Positions 50,991 through 64,000 of a stretch of DNA of 64,000 bases are shown piece after piece. Position numbers and translations under genes: made by a program. The stretch lies in contig OZ024740.1 of the NCBI GenBank assembly GCA_964016885.1, positions 207,080,001-207,144,000 on the forward strand, in the 5' to 3' direction. The notes beneath the pieces were generated by a model. The model worked only from the letters and a program-made list of their open reading frames with translations, did no database searches and was not told where the DNA came from. This DNA comes from Eledone cirrhosa. Taxonomy: Eukaryota. Every line of letters starts with the position of its first letter. Within the stretch, counting starts at the first letter, position 1.

Positions 50991-51749
50991 ATGGCGACAA
51001 GACTACGAACAAGCGAAGCTATCAGGGCATTTACCGGGGAAGGTGATGTTGTCGCTTGGCTGCGAAAAGTTCGGCTGGTCGCAAGCTTGCAGAAGATAGA
51101 TGTGGCTGGCCTCATGGCACTGTACCTCGAGGGGGACGCGTTGGTACTCTTCCTTGAGTTGGACGAACACAGCCAAAGAGATGCGCAAAAGATTGAGAGG
51201 CGCATGATAGACGCATTTGCTGAGGGACCGTTAGCCGCTTTCGCTAAGCTGGCGAGAATTAGATGGAATGGTGAGCGCGTCGACATTTTCGCAGCGGAAA
51301 TACGGCGATTGGCTATGTTGGCTGGATATCAGGTGGAATGCGAACGCACGGTGCGGTTGGCGTTCATAAATGGATTTCTAGACGACATAGCGGTGAAACT
51401 GCAACAAGTCCCGGGTTACAAAGAAATGGAAATGCGTTCACTGGTGGAACAAGCCCGGATCATAGCAGAAGATGCCAAAAAGAGTGTTGCGGCGATAGCA
51501 ACTACAGAAGCTCAAGACAGCTGGCAGCGAAATGGTGAAAGGGAGGCAACCACGGCACGCGGTCGCCCGCGAACGTTTAGAGGTCGCTGTTTTCGGTGCC
51601 AGGGCCCGCACATGGCTAGAGACTGCAGAGAGTCAAGGCCGGAAATAATATGCTACCGGTGTAAGCGACCAGGCCACATCGCTACTAACTGCGACCAGGG
51701 AAACGATCCAAGGGGAACTACTGCGCCAGTAGTTGCCCCTTACGAATAG
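50991..51749 (+). CDS. gag: Gag with two CCHC-type zinc knuckles
   Basis: Intact 252 aa; CFRCQGPHMARDC and CYRCKRPGHIATNC. Confidence 0.9.
   Translation: MATRLRTSEAIRAFTGEGDVVAWLRKVRLVASLQKIDVAGLMALYLEGDALVLFLELDEHSQRDAQKIERRMIDAFAEGPLAAFAKLARIRWNGERVDIFAAEIRRLAMLAGYQVECERTVRLAFINGFLDDIAVKLQQVPGYKEMEMRSLVEQARIIAEDAKKSVAAIATTEAQDSWQRNGEREATTARGRPRTFRGRCFRCQGPHMARDCRESRPEIICYRCKRPGHIATNCDQGNDPRGTTAPVVAPYE
51698..51740 (+). promoter_or_regulatory. -1 programmed ribosomal frameshift signal
   Basis: G GGA AAC heptamer in the gag frame, 6-nt spacer, then a 13-bp stem AGGGGAACTACTG-CGC-CAGTAGTT(G)CCCCT. The -1 frame is open into the protease. Confidence 0.85.
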
Positions 51750-54430
51750 AGGCGCTGACCGTGGTGGAAGTCTTCGTGAGGGGAAAGCCACAGAGAGCCC
51801 TCGTGGACACGGGCTGTATGACGACACTGGTGACCGCGGGGGTGGCGCAGAGGTGGAGAGGGAAGAGCAGCGTAAGGGCAGTCGACGGCAGGAAAATTGA
51901 ATGCCGAGGTCGCAGCGAGATGGAAATAGCGGTACGGGGAAGGAAAATAAGGCTTTCTGCCATCGTAGAAGACAGCGTGGTGGATGGGATCGGCGTGGTT
52001 ATGGGCATGGACGCAATTGGCCGTCTAGGAGGCGTCACAGTGAACAACGTCGGTGTCTCGTTTGGCGCCGCTGCATCGGTATGCGCTGTGAGTGCGCGAC
52101 AGGAGAACCAGAAGGCCCACGAGGAGGAATACCCCGCTTACAATGTGCAGGACAAAGATTTCAAGGCCGTGTTCGATGGGCAGCGGTGGGTTGTTGAGTG
52201 GTACTGGAAGGGAGAACCACCAACACTGAAGACCAAAGTGGTCGGTGGTGCAACCCACGAAGAACAAGGTGAGGCCGGTGCTGGACTTTCGGAGCTGAAC
52301 GAGCACGTGTCATGCCACACGGGTGGCGAGGTCACGGATGTCTGTGGGGAAACCCTGCGTGAGTGGAGACGCATGACGGGGGGTTCAGCAATCGTAGATC
52401 TAAAGTCGGCATACTTGCAATTGCATATAGATGAGAAGCTCTGGCAGTATCAGCTGATCAGGTATAAGGGCCGGACATATTGCCTGACCAGGCTCGGTTT
52501 CGGGCTGAGCTCCGCACCGAAGATCATGGCGGCGGTCTTCAAGACCATTCTGGGAAAGGCCGACAAGATGAAGAGGGCCACTAACTCCTATATTGACAAC
52601 ATCCTAGTGGACGAGTCTGTGGTGTCGGGGGCGGAGGTCACGAGCCATTTACAGGGGTATGGACTGGCTGCGAAGCCGTCAGAAGCGTTGGATGGAGGAG
52701 CCGCGCTGGGACTTAGGCTATGGCGGGACAGGACGGGCGTCTTGGTATTCCAGAGGGGAAATGAAGTTTCAGAACTGGGCCCAAGTATGAGTAGACGGGA
52801 GCTTTTCTCGGTGTGTGGAAAGTTGGTAGGTCACTACCCGATTGCTGGGTGGCTCCGGACGGCATGCAGTTATGTCAAGAGACGAGCGGGAGGAGTGACT
52901 TGGAGTGACAGAGTGGGAGAGAGGACGGTGGCCATGATGCAGGAGATCGTGGGGAGGGTGAAGGCCGACGACCCAGTGCGGGGACGCTGGTATGTTCCCA
53001 AATCACAGAGCGGGACCGTATGGTGCGATGCCAGCAGCATAGTGCTGGGTGTCACGTTGGAGATAAGAGGTGTTGAGGTCGAGGATGCAGTCTGGCTTAG
53101 AAAGAAGGACGACTGCAACCACATCAATGTGGCCGAGTTGGACGCAGTGTTGAGAGGGGTGAACCTCGCCTTGAGGTGGGGACTGCGCACCATCGAGATA
53201 CGCACCGACTCGGCTACTGTACTCGGATGGGTGAGATCAGTGCTCGACAGTGAGAAGAGAGTGCGAACGAGAGGGGCGGCGGAGATGCTGATAAAGCGCC
53301 GCCTGGGAACGTTAGGAGAGCTGGCCACCGAGATCGACCTGAGGCTGAGCGTAGTTTTCGTGCCCTTAGAGAAAAATAGGGCGGACATCTTAACTAGGGT
53401 GAAGAAAGCCTGGATGGAAGCGCCGGAGGAGGTAGAAGATGAGATAGCTGCCGTGTGTCGGCTGACCGAGTCGGATCTGAAAGGGTTGCATGACATGCAC
53501 CACATGGGAGTGGATAAGAGCCTGTTCCTAGCCAGGAGAATCGACTCGGACGTTAACAGACACAGTGTTCAAAGGGTGGTTAGAGGCTGCGTCCGATGTC
53601 AGTCTATTAATCCCGCCCCGGGTGTACACGAAACGGGAAGCCTCCCGGTGGATCGCGACTGGAAGCGATTGGCGGTGGATGTAACGCACTACCGACAGGG
53701 AACGTACCTCTCGATGGTCGACTGTGGACCAGGACGGATGGCGATATGGAGGGAGATGAAGACTGGAACGGCCGAGGAAATCATGCGGACGTTGAGATAG
53801 GTGTTCTTGGAGCGGGGCCCTGTGGACGAACTGCTGATGGACAACAGCGCAGCGTTCCACTCGGAGGCGCTGAGGGAGATGCTCGATGGATGGAAGGTGG
53901 ACCGTTTCTTCAGAGCAGCGGAACAGGCCGAGCGGGAATGGAATTGTGGAGCGACACCACCGGACGATCAAGGCAATGGCGGACCGGGGCCATATCTCAC
54001 CAATGGAGGCAGTGTTCTGGTACAACAAGTTCCCTCGAGTGGGACAGGTCGAGGAATCGGTGCCACACAGAGCAGTATTCAGATACGAGTGGCGGCACCC
54101 GTGCACACCACCACAACGGCCAGTGGGGAGAGAGAGAGTGCGTTCGTGCAGGTGGGCGAAGAAGTCTGGGTTAAACCCCCAGATGCACGTTGCACATCTC
54201 AATGGGGAAGGGGAACGGTGACGGCCGTAAATTCCCAGAACAATGTGTCCGTGGACGGAGTACCACGTCATGTCCTGGATGTACGAAGAATCACTGAGTC
54301 AACGGACTCCGAGGAAGAGGAAACCCAAAGTGCTGCCCCAACACTGCGGCGATCGCAAATAAGTCGTAAACCACCAACCTGGATAGCAGACTTTCATATG
54401 CAGAAGGACGAGGGGGAAATTGATCCTTGA
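51704..54430 (+). pseudogene. pol: Pol (protease, RT, RNase H, DDE integrase), disrupted
   Basis: LVDTG; DLKSAY, LGFGL..AP, YIDN; WCDAS, HINVAELDAV, TDS; HHCC, LAVD, MDN, GNGIVER. There is a deletion/frameshift near 52240-52290, a TAG at 53798 and frameshifts in the integrase. Confidence 0.9.
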
Positions 54431-54999
54431 GATCAGGTGTGGGTATGGTGTGGCGTGCGGTGGCCGGAAGCGGGGGAGTGCTCGACCGGAAGGGTGCTTG
54501 GCCGGAAGGATGCTCGACCGGAAGGGCCAGCAGAAGGACTGTCTCTAGTGGTGACCAGCAACGGTGTGGACGCGAGTTTTGGCAGCTCCCGGTGTTAAGC
54601 AGTTGGACGCACGTGGAAGAGTAGTAACCTGCAGTGGAGTTAGCGGCGCCTATGAAAAGCTGTAAGTGAGATAGCTTTTTCTAACCACAATATAAACACT
54701 CTTAGCAGATATTAGTTGTCATTATATCGAATACTTTGTAATCTTTGAAAAAAAAAAAAAGAAGTTTTTAAATATAAGAGTTCACTGCGAGAATATTTTA
54801 TTGAACAACAAATTATGTAATTTGTTTTCTCTGCGAGAATATTTGATTTAAAGTAGTGATCGATAGTTGACTTACCTTGTTTACTTTTGGTCAAAAGTAA
54901 GGGACAATTCTTTCTTGACTTGGTAGAAACTTGTGGAGAGATATGTTCTGACGATATAATCCCAGGAAAATATGTAGCAGTAGTAGTGGTGGTGGTGGT

Positions 55000-56050
<1,051 letters not shown>

Positions 56051-56399
56051 AAAAAAGATTAGAATAGTGTGCAAGATAGGTTAATAAATAAACACAGATA
56101 CATAATGATATAAAAGTATGGTTGCATGACACGCTGACCTCTATAGGAGGGGGGGGGGCTCCAACAACCTTGTAAGTCTGTCATATTAATGTGCTACAAC
56201 ATCAATAACTACACTGCCTCAGTGAGAGTCTCTATGAAACATATGTATACACCAGGTTCAAACACAAAGGAACCAAACTGCCACTATTACTACTTCCGTC
56301 TCTCTCCCTCTACCCATCTCTCACTATTATGAGCAAATGAGGGCCCACGCGCTGGCCGCCCCGTCAATCCCGGCGGGCAGAATAGAGATGTTTCGCCGG

Positions 56400-56843
56400 A
56401 GGGTGGTGAGTGAGACGCGTTGAAAGAGCCATTACAACCCGCAAGGCTAACACCCGCAAGTAGCCAACTTCCTGCCGATGATGGGGAGTAGAGTTGGCCC
56501 TAGGGCCAAGTACACCGGAAGTCTCCAACTCTTACTCTGCACCGCCACTGCCAACAACTTTGTCTTTCCCTGCCCCCCCCCCCCATTTTTGCTACTAACC
56601 TCACTCCTTGCTCTTCCGCCATCTTGGACGTGTTACTTTCCCATCCAAGATACATAAGCCGACAATTCTAGCTTCTAGCCACCTCATAGATTCCGCCCCA
56701 CGAAATAAATAATTTTTCTGAGGTTCAGGATTTGTTCTGGGATGTTTGTTCAACTTCTTTCATGGATTCCTCGAAAACGTTCTGAGGGGAAGGTGAAACC
56801 AAGTGTTGTCTCAACTGGTAAACATGATGGATAATAATGTTTT

Positions 56844-56913
<70 letters not shown>

Positions 56914-58140
56914 ATGTCCCCGTATGATCTGTATATACCACTCACAGTTCAAGGGTTAGATCGCCACGTGGTCCCGGCCAACAGGATGAAGAATACATTA
57001 CCCTGGGGGGGATGGTGAGGGAGACGCGCTGGAACAGCTACTCTACTTCGTGGGGGTTGCTCCTGTGGGTAGCCAGCTCTACCCCGATAGCAGTGAATTG
57101 GGGTGTAGTACGAAGGCCAAGAACACCGGAAGTCTCCCTGGCTACAGGCTCGACTAAAAACCTATCAGAGAGCGGCCAATACTTTGACAGTTTGCCCTCG
57201 TCGTCCTGGCAATCATCAAAAGCCTGGGCTAAACTGATCTCTAAATACCTTGATCTCGTCCTCTTACGTCTACACACCTAGTCAAATCCCTCCCTTTTCA
57301 CATCTACTCCCTCCGCCTCTACAGCTTCTCCCCTCCCGACCTATCGCACATTCTTTTCACTAAGTCCATAATCCCTACACGGTCATCCACGACGACGACG
57401 ACGACAGCCTCTTAGCTCCTCAATAATTCTTCAAATGTCGAACAGCATCCACAACACAACCAAAAGAAAATTATTATGAATTACAGGCCACAAGAACTGC
57501 GAGGAGGTGATTAACTGGGGATGGTGGGGGTCAGTCTCACCTAGAAATTGACCGGGAGGAAACTATCCCTGAAATGTCGGACAGAGGTGGCGAATACTTA
57601 AATCACCTGTCATCTATTACCGCCTGATCGTTGTAACTTACGCCAGTTCCCGACTGACCAAACTAGAATGCCTACTTCTTTACTTTTTGTGGAATGGACA
57701 CCTTCCACAGGTCAGGTGTTCTATTTACTGTTAACACTCATTGTTTGGGGGTCTAGACAAGCCATGGATGGTGATGTGCTGACATGCGCCGAGACTGCGA
57801 CATCTTCAGCCTTTCTTTGATGCTGAACAGGTGTGGTTGCCATTTGTCAGACAACTCTTCCTCAGTTCCTTTTTTTTTTTTGAAGATTGGAAGGAGATGG
57901 AGTTGGACTTGACAACTGGAATGTCGTTAAGCGCTCACAGCTCTCCGTCGATCGAGCAATGTAAAAGGTGGAAACTCCGCTTTGGCGTTCTATAGAGGAT
58001 TAGTGATGTGAAAAGCAGAGAGGGGCATCGACAAAAATCAGCTGGCTTGTCTATACAATAGGGCCTTCAGTTCGGGGTGCATGGACAATTTCAAGAAATC
58101 CCTGGCCTGGTAATGCTAGTTTGAGGTCGAAGGTAGAGGT
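56400..58140 (+). mobile_element. Decayed Tx1-type ORF2 piece (57480-58140) preceded by two related GC-rich modules
   Basis: 57558-57635 and 58081-58116 match 61020-61100 and 61519-61555. The modules at 56401-56526 and 57011-57137 share their ends. Confidence 0.55.
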
Positions 58141-58259
58141 AGAGAGGAAGGTGCTACCTTGTAATGTGTTTTATGAAAAATGGGCGAGAACGACGAGATG
58201 ACGAGGCTGAATGGGACTACTCTGGGTATAGTTTTATAAGAAACCGACAGAGAGAGAGC

Positions 58260-58307
<48 letters not shown>

Positions 58308-59065
58308 GTGAGAAAGAGAGGGGGAACGAGAGAGAGAGAAAACTAGAGAGAGAACGAGAGAAAGAGAAAACTAGAGAGAGAACGAGAGAGGGAGAACTAG
58401 AGAGAGAACGAGAGAGAGAGTGTGTGCAAGCACTTTCAATGCGCGTGAGGTGACAGAGTAATCCGGGGTTTTGCGTATGTGTGTGTGTGGGGGGGGGGGG
58501 TGCAGTCCACTCCTATTGGTGACCTGTCCTAGTTGCCATTAGTTACTGTTTTATATTATCATGACTATTTATTGTTATTACTATTATTAATGACAGCCGT
58601 AGCCATTTATTTGTGCTCTCAGCTGGCCTTTTTAATTTTAGGATGGTTAGATTTTTTGAATTTAATACCTGAATGTATAACTTTTCAATTCCAATTACTT
58701 GAGCCAAGATAACTTTGATATGTAAAAGTATGGGGTTTGCTATGTATTCTAACTATATGTGTATGAGGAGCGCCCAACCCCTAAGGTCAAAATCCAACCC
58801 TGCCCGTCACCTTATTTCTTACAATAAAATAAAAAGAAGAATTCCGTCGTCATATTGTACACAAGTTCTTTTATTAGTAGCTAGGAGTGGTTCTGTTTAC
58901 GACATGCCAGGTCAACAGTATTTTACTTGTAATAATAAACGTAAATTTTCCATACTTTTAAAACTAAACTTTAGAGTTTATTTTTCCTGTTATTTCCGTT
59001 TTAACAGCGATTCCATTGATCACATCTCAGGTTTCTTTCAGTTGCTCTATTTCTACACGTATACC

Positions 59066-59158
<93 letters not shown>

Positions 59159-59160
59159 GT

Positions 59161-59219
<59 letters not shown>

Positions 59220-59267
59220 TATAGATAGGTAAATATACACGGGTGTGTATGATTGTGTATAGATGAT

Positions 59268-59631
59268 TATATTAATAAGAGGAATTCCAACTTTGTCTGA
59301 TTTACTCGTTTTATTTACAATCCTTTAAAATATATATAATGGTATTATAATGAAATAGTATGATAGAATATTAAATTCTAAGTGTTAATTGAACAAGTAC
59401 TTTCATGCTTTCGCAATCTTCAGGTTCATGATATGTGGTGACAGTCGAGTTTGCAAACTCGACTGTCACCACATATCATGAACCTGAAGATTGCGAAAGC
59501 ATGAAAGTACTTGTTCAATTAACACTTAGAATTTAATATTCTATCATACTATTTCATTATAATACCATTATATATATTTTAAAGGATTGTAAATAAAACG
59601 AGTAAATCAGACAAAGTTGGAATTCCTCTTA

Positions 59632-59639
<8 letters not shown>
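59268..59639. repeat. Perfect 372-bp zero-spacer palindrome carrying one hammerhead per strand
   Basis: Centre GAGTTTG|CAAACTC at 59453/59454. HHR TGAAC-CTGAAGA-TTGC GAAA GCAT-GAAA-GTAC-TT-GTTCA at 59479-59517 (+), mirrored at 59390-59428 (-). Confidence 0.92.
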
Positions 59640-59669
<30 letters not shown>

Positions 59670-59710
59670 CGAAACATAAGTCAATTGCATGAACTCATAA
59701 TCTTTTATTT

Positions 59711-59766
59711 ACTGCTATATATATTTCGATGATAGCCATTGAATGGCTATGACCTCATCAGGCAGT
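59711..59766 (-). ncRNA. Minimal type I hammerhead, family C relative
   Basis: Minus strand reads ACTGC-CTGATGA-GGTCATAGCCAT TCA ATGGCTATCATC-GAAA-TATATAT-A-GCAGT, with a compensatory C-G to U-A change in stem II relative to 16762. Confidence 0.82.
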
Positions 59767-60085
59767 TGGTCAGTTCTTAGATATGCCAGCTCTGTGTTTA
59801 TAGTGTTGATGGTATCAGAGCCTTGGGACATATGAGCTTGTTAGGAATAATTTAATGTTGTCAGCAGGAATAGTCTTAATTCTCATTGGTCAATTTGTAG
59901 ATGCAAGTAGGGTTGGTATTTGGCCTCAAAGAGACAGGTGGTGTTGTAAAGTTCAAACCGCCAGGCAAGATGACAATAGTTCCATATGACTGATTTCACA
60001 AAAAGCATTCCTGGTTAGATATATATTCAATTAAGATTAATAGTATGAAATAGATACAACAGGTCATTCTTAAATTAAGGAATTT

Positions 60086-62326
60086 ATGTGGAGTTTTACA
60101 TAGGCATGCCGGACTTGTTCTCTGGCGTCCTCGAAGCCGTCTACTGCAATTGGCAGCAGAACGGGAGAATTCCCAGTTCTGCAAGCAAGGGCGTAGTAAC
60201 GCTGATCAGGAAAGACGAGTACAAGGGGGACGAAATTAACAACTTCAGGCCCATAACTCTGCTTAACACAGAGTTAAAGATTTTGGCCAAGGTGCTAGCG
60301 ACGAGGTTGGCGCTTGTCGTCGAAAACCTGGTAGGGAAAGCGCAAACGTGTGCAATCCCGACCAGGTCTATACACGACAACCTCCAACTCATGCGATACA
60401 TCATAGAGAGGGTGGGTAGTAAACCCGGCTTCGATGGGGCTCTGATCAATTTGGATCAGTCTAAGGCATTCGATAGGGTCGATCATCGATACTTGGAAGC
60501 GGTTCTCAAGGCGGCCCGTGTTCAAAGGCTGGATCGAGGCGATGCACACCAGCATCTGCTCGAGGGTCAAGGTGAACGGCTACCTATCGGAGCCGTTCGC
60601 AATCACACGTTCCATTCGACAGGGGTGCCCTCTCTCCTCCATTCTGTATGTATTGACTCTAGAGCCACTACTGCGGAAATTGGAGCTGTTGCAGGGCATC
60701 CCTCTAGAACCGGAACTGCGCAAAGCGGCGTCGGCTTATGCCGACGACGTGACGGTAATGGTGTCGAGCACCTCGGAAATCGGGGTGATCAGCAACTTGC
60801 TGAAAGAATACGAAACGCTGACGGGAGCAGAACTAAACCCGGACAAGTCTGTCGGTTTGCAACTCAGTACGTGGAGAGGCAAACCGATGACGTCCGACAG
60901 CGTCGTTGGACGCTGGACGGACGGACCGGTGAAATTGCTCGGTCCGGACCTCCAGGCGGAGAAAAACTGGAACGAGGTCACGGCCAAGGTGTTTGCACTC
61001 ACCCAGAAGTGGACAGAGTGCAAACTGTCCTTGAAAGGTCGAGCGGAGGTGGCGAACACTTTCATAGCGTCCGTCATCTACTACCGCTTGACTGTCGTGC
61101 CTTGTCCCCGTGAACACCTCGCCAAGATGGAACGCATGCTCTTCCAGTTTCTGTGGAAGAAGCAGGCTCCGCTGGTGAGGAGATCCGTCTGCTGTCAGCA
61201 CCCTTCCAACGGAGGGCTGGGAATGCCGTGGCTGATGATGTGCAAACATGCGCTGAGGCTTTCCCACAGCTCGTCTCGCTGACGGAGCTGCAGTCCTGGG
61301 TCAAGAAAAGACCCAAAACGATGGGCGCCTGGCACATTGAATGCGCTTAGGCGCTCACAGTCCTCTGGCAAGCGGGCGCAGCAATCAGTGGAGACTCCAC
61401 TTCGACATTCTATAGAGGGATTGTACGTTACAAGGGCGACGACGTGCTCGGAGAGACGCTGGGCGTCGAAGACGATGAGCTCACCAGTCTGTTTGGTAGG
61501 ACTTTCCACCCGGGACCTATGGACAACTTCCAGAAGTCCATGGCCTGGCAGTGCTCCCGAGGAGCTCTACCGGTTCGTGACAAGATCTACAGGCACGGAC
61601 GCCCCAGCAGTGACCCTTCCAAGAGGACGTGTCCAAGATGCGCGCAGGACATTGAAACAGTCCTGCACGCAATTGTACACTGCCCGGGCGTAACCGACCT
61701 GTGGAACTATGCAGAACAACTGCTGTCGCGTATGGGACAAATCCAGTTGACTGCCGAGTCCATAGTAAGGATCAAACCGCCAGCCTCTTTCAAAAATGAA
61801 AGAGAGGCGGTTTTCCTCTGTACGGTGGTTATGGTGAAAGAAGTTATATGGTGGACGAGATTGAGAGGACTGAGGACAGATGCCTTTCTCTCCGGACAAC
61901 AATTGATTCCCTTCTTTAAGTATCACTTTAGAAGGAGAATCAGAGTGGAGAGAGAGGCACTGCACCCCAGTAAATTTACTGAAAGGTGGATGAATGAAGC
62001 GAAAATGGCCCGAGTAATTGGGCCTTCTCTGTTTATAAGCCTGTAGGTTGAAGAAGAGAGCAAAAGGAAGAAAGGAGCACTTGCACAACACACTCCTGGA
62101 GTTGAGGGTTGTTCTATCGACGGGGTATTAAACAACCCATTTGTGGCGCCTCCCCCCATTGGGGATTTCGATTGTTGTAATTGTTTGTTTTTATATTTTT
62201 TACACGACTGTATGTAAAATCCCCGGCATGTCTTTGTATTGTCCCCTTTTCTTGTGCGCCCTTGTGGCTAATAAAGAAATATATCTATCTATCTGTCTGT
62301 CTGTCTTTCTATCTATCTGTCTGACC
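60086..62326 (+). mobile_element. L1/Tx1-clade LINE, 5'-truncated and frameshifted ORF2
   Basis: NFRPITLLNTELKILAK, LDQSKAFDRVDH, RQGCPLS, AYADD, LSLKGR, GGLG, CPRC..ETVLH...C. AATAAA at 62270, then a (CTAT/CTGT)n tail. Confidence 0.93.
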
Positions 62327-63025
62327 GTCTACGCATTCGTACACTGCTCGGGCGTTACCGACCTGTGGAGCTCCGCAGAACGACTACTGTCTCGGGTGGG
62401 ACAAATCCGGTTGACCACCGAGTCCATTATTGCGATCAAACCGCCACCTTCATTCAAAAACGAAGGAGAAGCGGTTTTCCTCTGTGTAATGGCTATGGTG
62501 AAAGAGGTTATATGGTGGACGAGACTGAAAAGGCTGAGGTCAGACACCTTTCTCTCCGGTCTCCGGCGAACAACTGGTTCGCTTCTTCAAATATCATTTT
62601 AGAAGAAGAATCAGAGTGGAGAGAGAGGTGCTGCACTCCAGCACATTTTACGAAAGGTGGGTGAATGTGGCAAGGATGGCCCGAGTGGTTGGACCTTCTC
62701 TTTATATAAGCCTGTAGGTCGAGGAAGAAGAGGAGGAGAGGAGTGCTCGCTCTTCGTGCTCCTGGAGATGAAGGTTGTACATTTTTTTTTTCGGGGTGTG
62801 TGCAACCCATTTATAACGCTTCTCACCTATTGGGGATTTCGTTTGTTTTATTGATCATTTTTGTTAGACATTTTTACACGCCTTGTATGTAAACTCCCAA
62901 TTGTATTTGTCCCCATCTTTTGCGCCCTTGTGGCAAATAAAGAAATATATCTATCTATCTATCTGTTTATCTGTCTGTCTGTATATATATCTGTCTGTCT
63001 GGCCGTCTATCTATCTATCTATCCA
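62327..63025 (+). mobile_element. Tx1-type LINE 3' end, second copy
   Basis: Homologous to 61665-62326, with AATAAA at 62936 and a (CTAT)n tail. Confidence 0.88.
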
Positions 63026-63284
63026 TCGCGCCATGGAGAGGTGATGGTAAGAGTATGTGCGAGAAAGAGAGAGGGAGAGAAAGAAAAAGAGAGAAAGAGA
63101 GAGTGGGAGAGATAGAGATAGAGAGAGAGCGGTGTGAGAGAGAGTGAGTGTGTATGCCACAGGAAGATAGAGAAAGCAAGCAGTGATTGTGGTGGTACTG
63201 GATTTGTTTCTATTAAACCTACCCTGTACGATATTATTTATCCTCTAACTATATTAACCATAAGGGTTTACATAAAGTAGACAT

Positions 63285-64000
63285 TAAGGACAGTACAGGA
63301 CAATACAGGACGGTACAAATGGGCATTTCTGCGTGTAAAAGAAAACAGAGGATGTAATAAAAAATAACAATGAAAAATTCCCCAATAGGTGGGAGACTTC
63401 CGAGGGACATTTGTGGAGAAAGCCCATTAAAAAGGCCACAGTGACCCTGACCACCAGAGCAAGTGCCCTCTCCCAGTTTTCCACCTTTAATTTACAGACA
63501 CATACTCAGAGTAGGCCCATTCACTCGGGCCATACTCGCTTCTCTCACCCATCTTTCAACAAAATGCTGGGAAGAGAGCACTTCCCTCTCTACCCTGATT
63601 TTCCTTTTCAAACGAAATTTGAAAAAGTTAATCAGGGCATCACCGAAGAGGTAAGTGCTCGTCTTCAGCCCTTTCAAACTTGTCCACCATACTATCTCTT
63701 TCGCCATGGCCACCAGACAGATAAAAACTGCCTGCCCTTCCCGGCTAAAGGAAGAGGGCGGGGCATTCCTCACGATGGACTCAGCTGATAGCTGGATCCG
63801 TCCTACACGCGACAGCAGGTGTTCGATATAAACCCACAAGTCAGCAATGCTCGGACACTGGACGAGTGCGTGCAGGACGGTTTCGACGCCCTGCGCGCAT
63901 CTCGGACATGCCCGGATGATGGTACCTCCATGCCTGTAGAGTTTATCCCGAACTGGCAAGGCTCCTCGGTAGCACTGCCAGGCCAGGGATTTCTGGAAGT
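63285..64000 (-). mobile_element. Tx1-type LINE 3' end, third copy (runs off the window)
   Basis: ORF 63492-63959 has LPVRDKLYRHG..CPRCAQGVETVLHALVQC, homologous to 61444-62046. Confidence 0.88.

Larger units (their letters stand above)
50631..54689 (+). mobile_element. Full-length defective LTR retrotransposon (gag, PR-RT-RH-IN order)
   Basis: 252-bp TG...CA LTRs at 50631-50882 and 54438-54689 (9 substitutions counted by eye). TSD ATATA at 50626-50630 and 54690-54694. Confidence 0.96.

Noticed and set aside
56470-56526. CCGATGA...GGAAG as another U4C hammerhead
   Set aside because: It lacks GAAA and stems I and III, and the core is not kept in the second module.

Overview
This is repeat-saturated eukaryotic DNA, most likely from an octopod cephalopod (inferred from octopus-type tRNA SINEs and the TE mix). 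No complete host gene is recognisable. There is one 200-N assembly gap (27596-27795). A large part of the window is (TA)n-derived microsatellite, which explains all the Y/I-rich ORFs. Between the arrays lie retroelement pieces: RTE (one with three C-terminal C2H2 fingers), CR1, L1/Tx1, Penelope-like elements (Hydra-type and a second C-terminal GIY-YIG type), SINEs and Helitron/Helentron-like pieces. There is also one full-length but defective LTR element (50631-54689) with a clean -1 frameshift signal. The main signal is RNA-level. By eye I find 19 hammerhead ribozyme (HHR) motifs with complete cores, plus several damaged or variant ones, in about 11 sequence families. Most have palindromic minimal stem III. 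Several have 50-96 nt stem II insertions, and three share a CCGAUGA (U4C) core. Several sit in ORF-less partial-tandem units of about 0.5-1 kb inside TA arrays, often with fold-back ends, which looks like a retrozyme-like, Penelope-mobilised, TA-associated system. One island also carries an intact 119-aa BACK-like ORF. All folds and family calls were made manually, without database searches, and ribozyme activity is untested.
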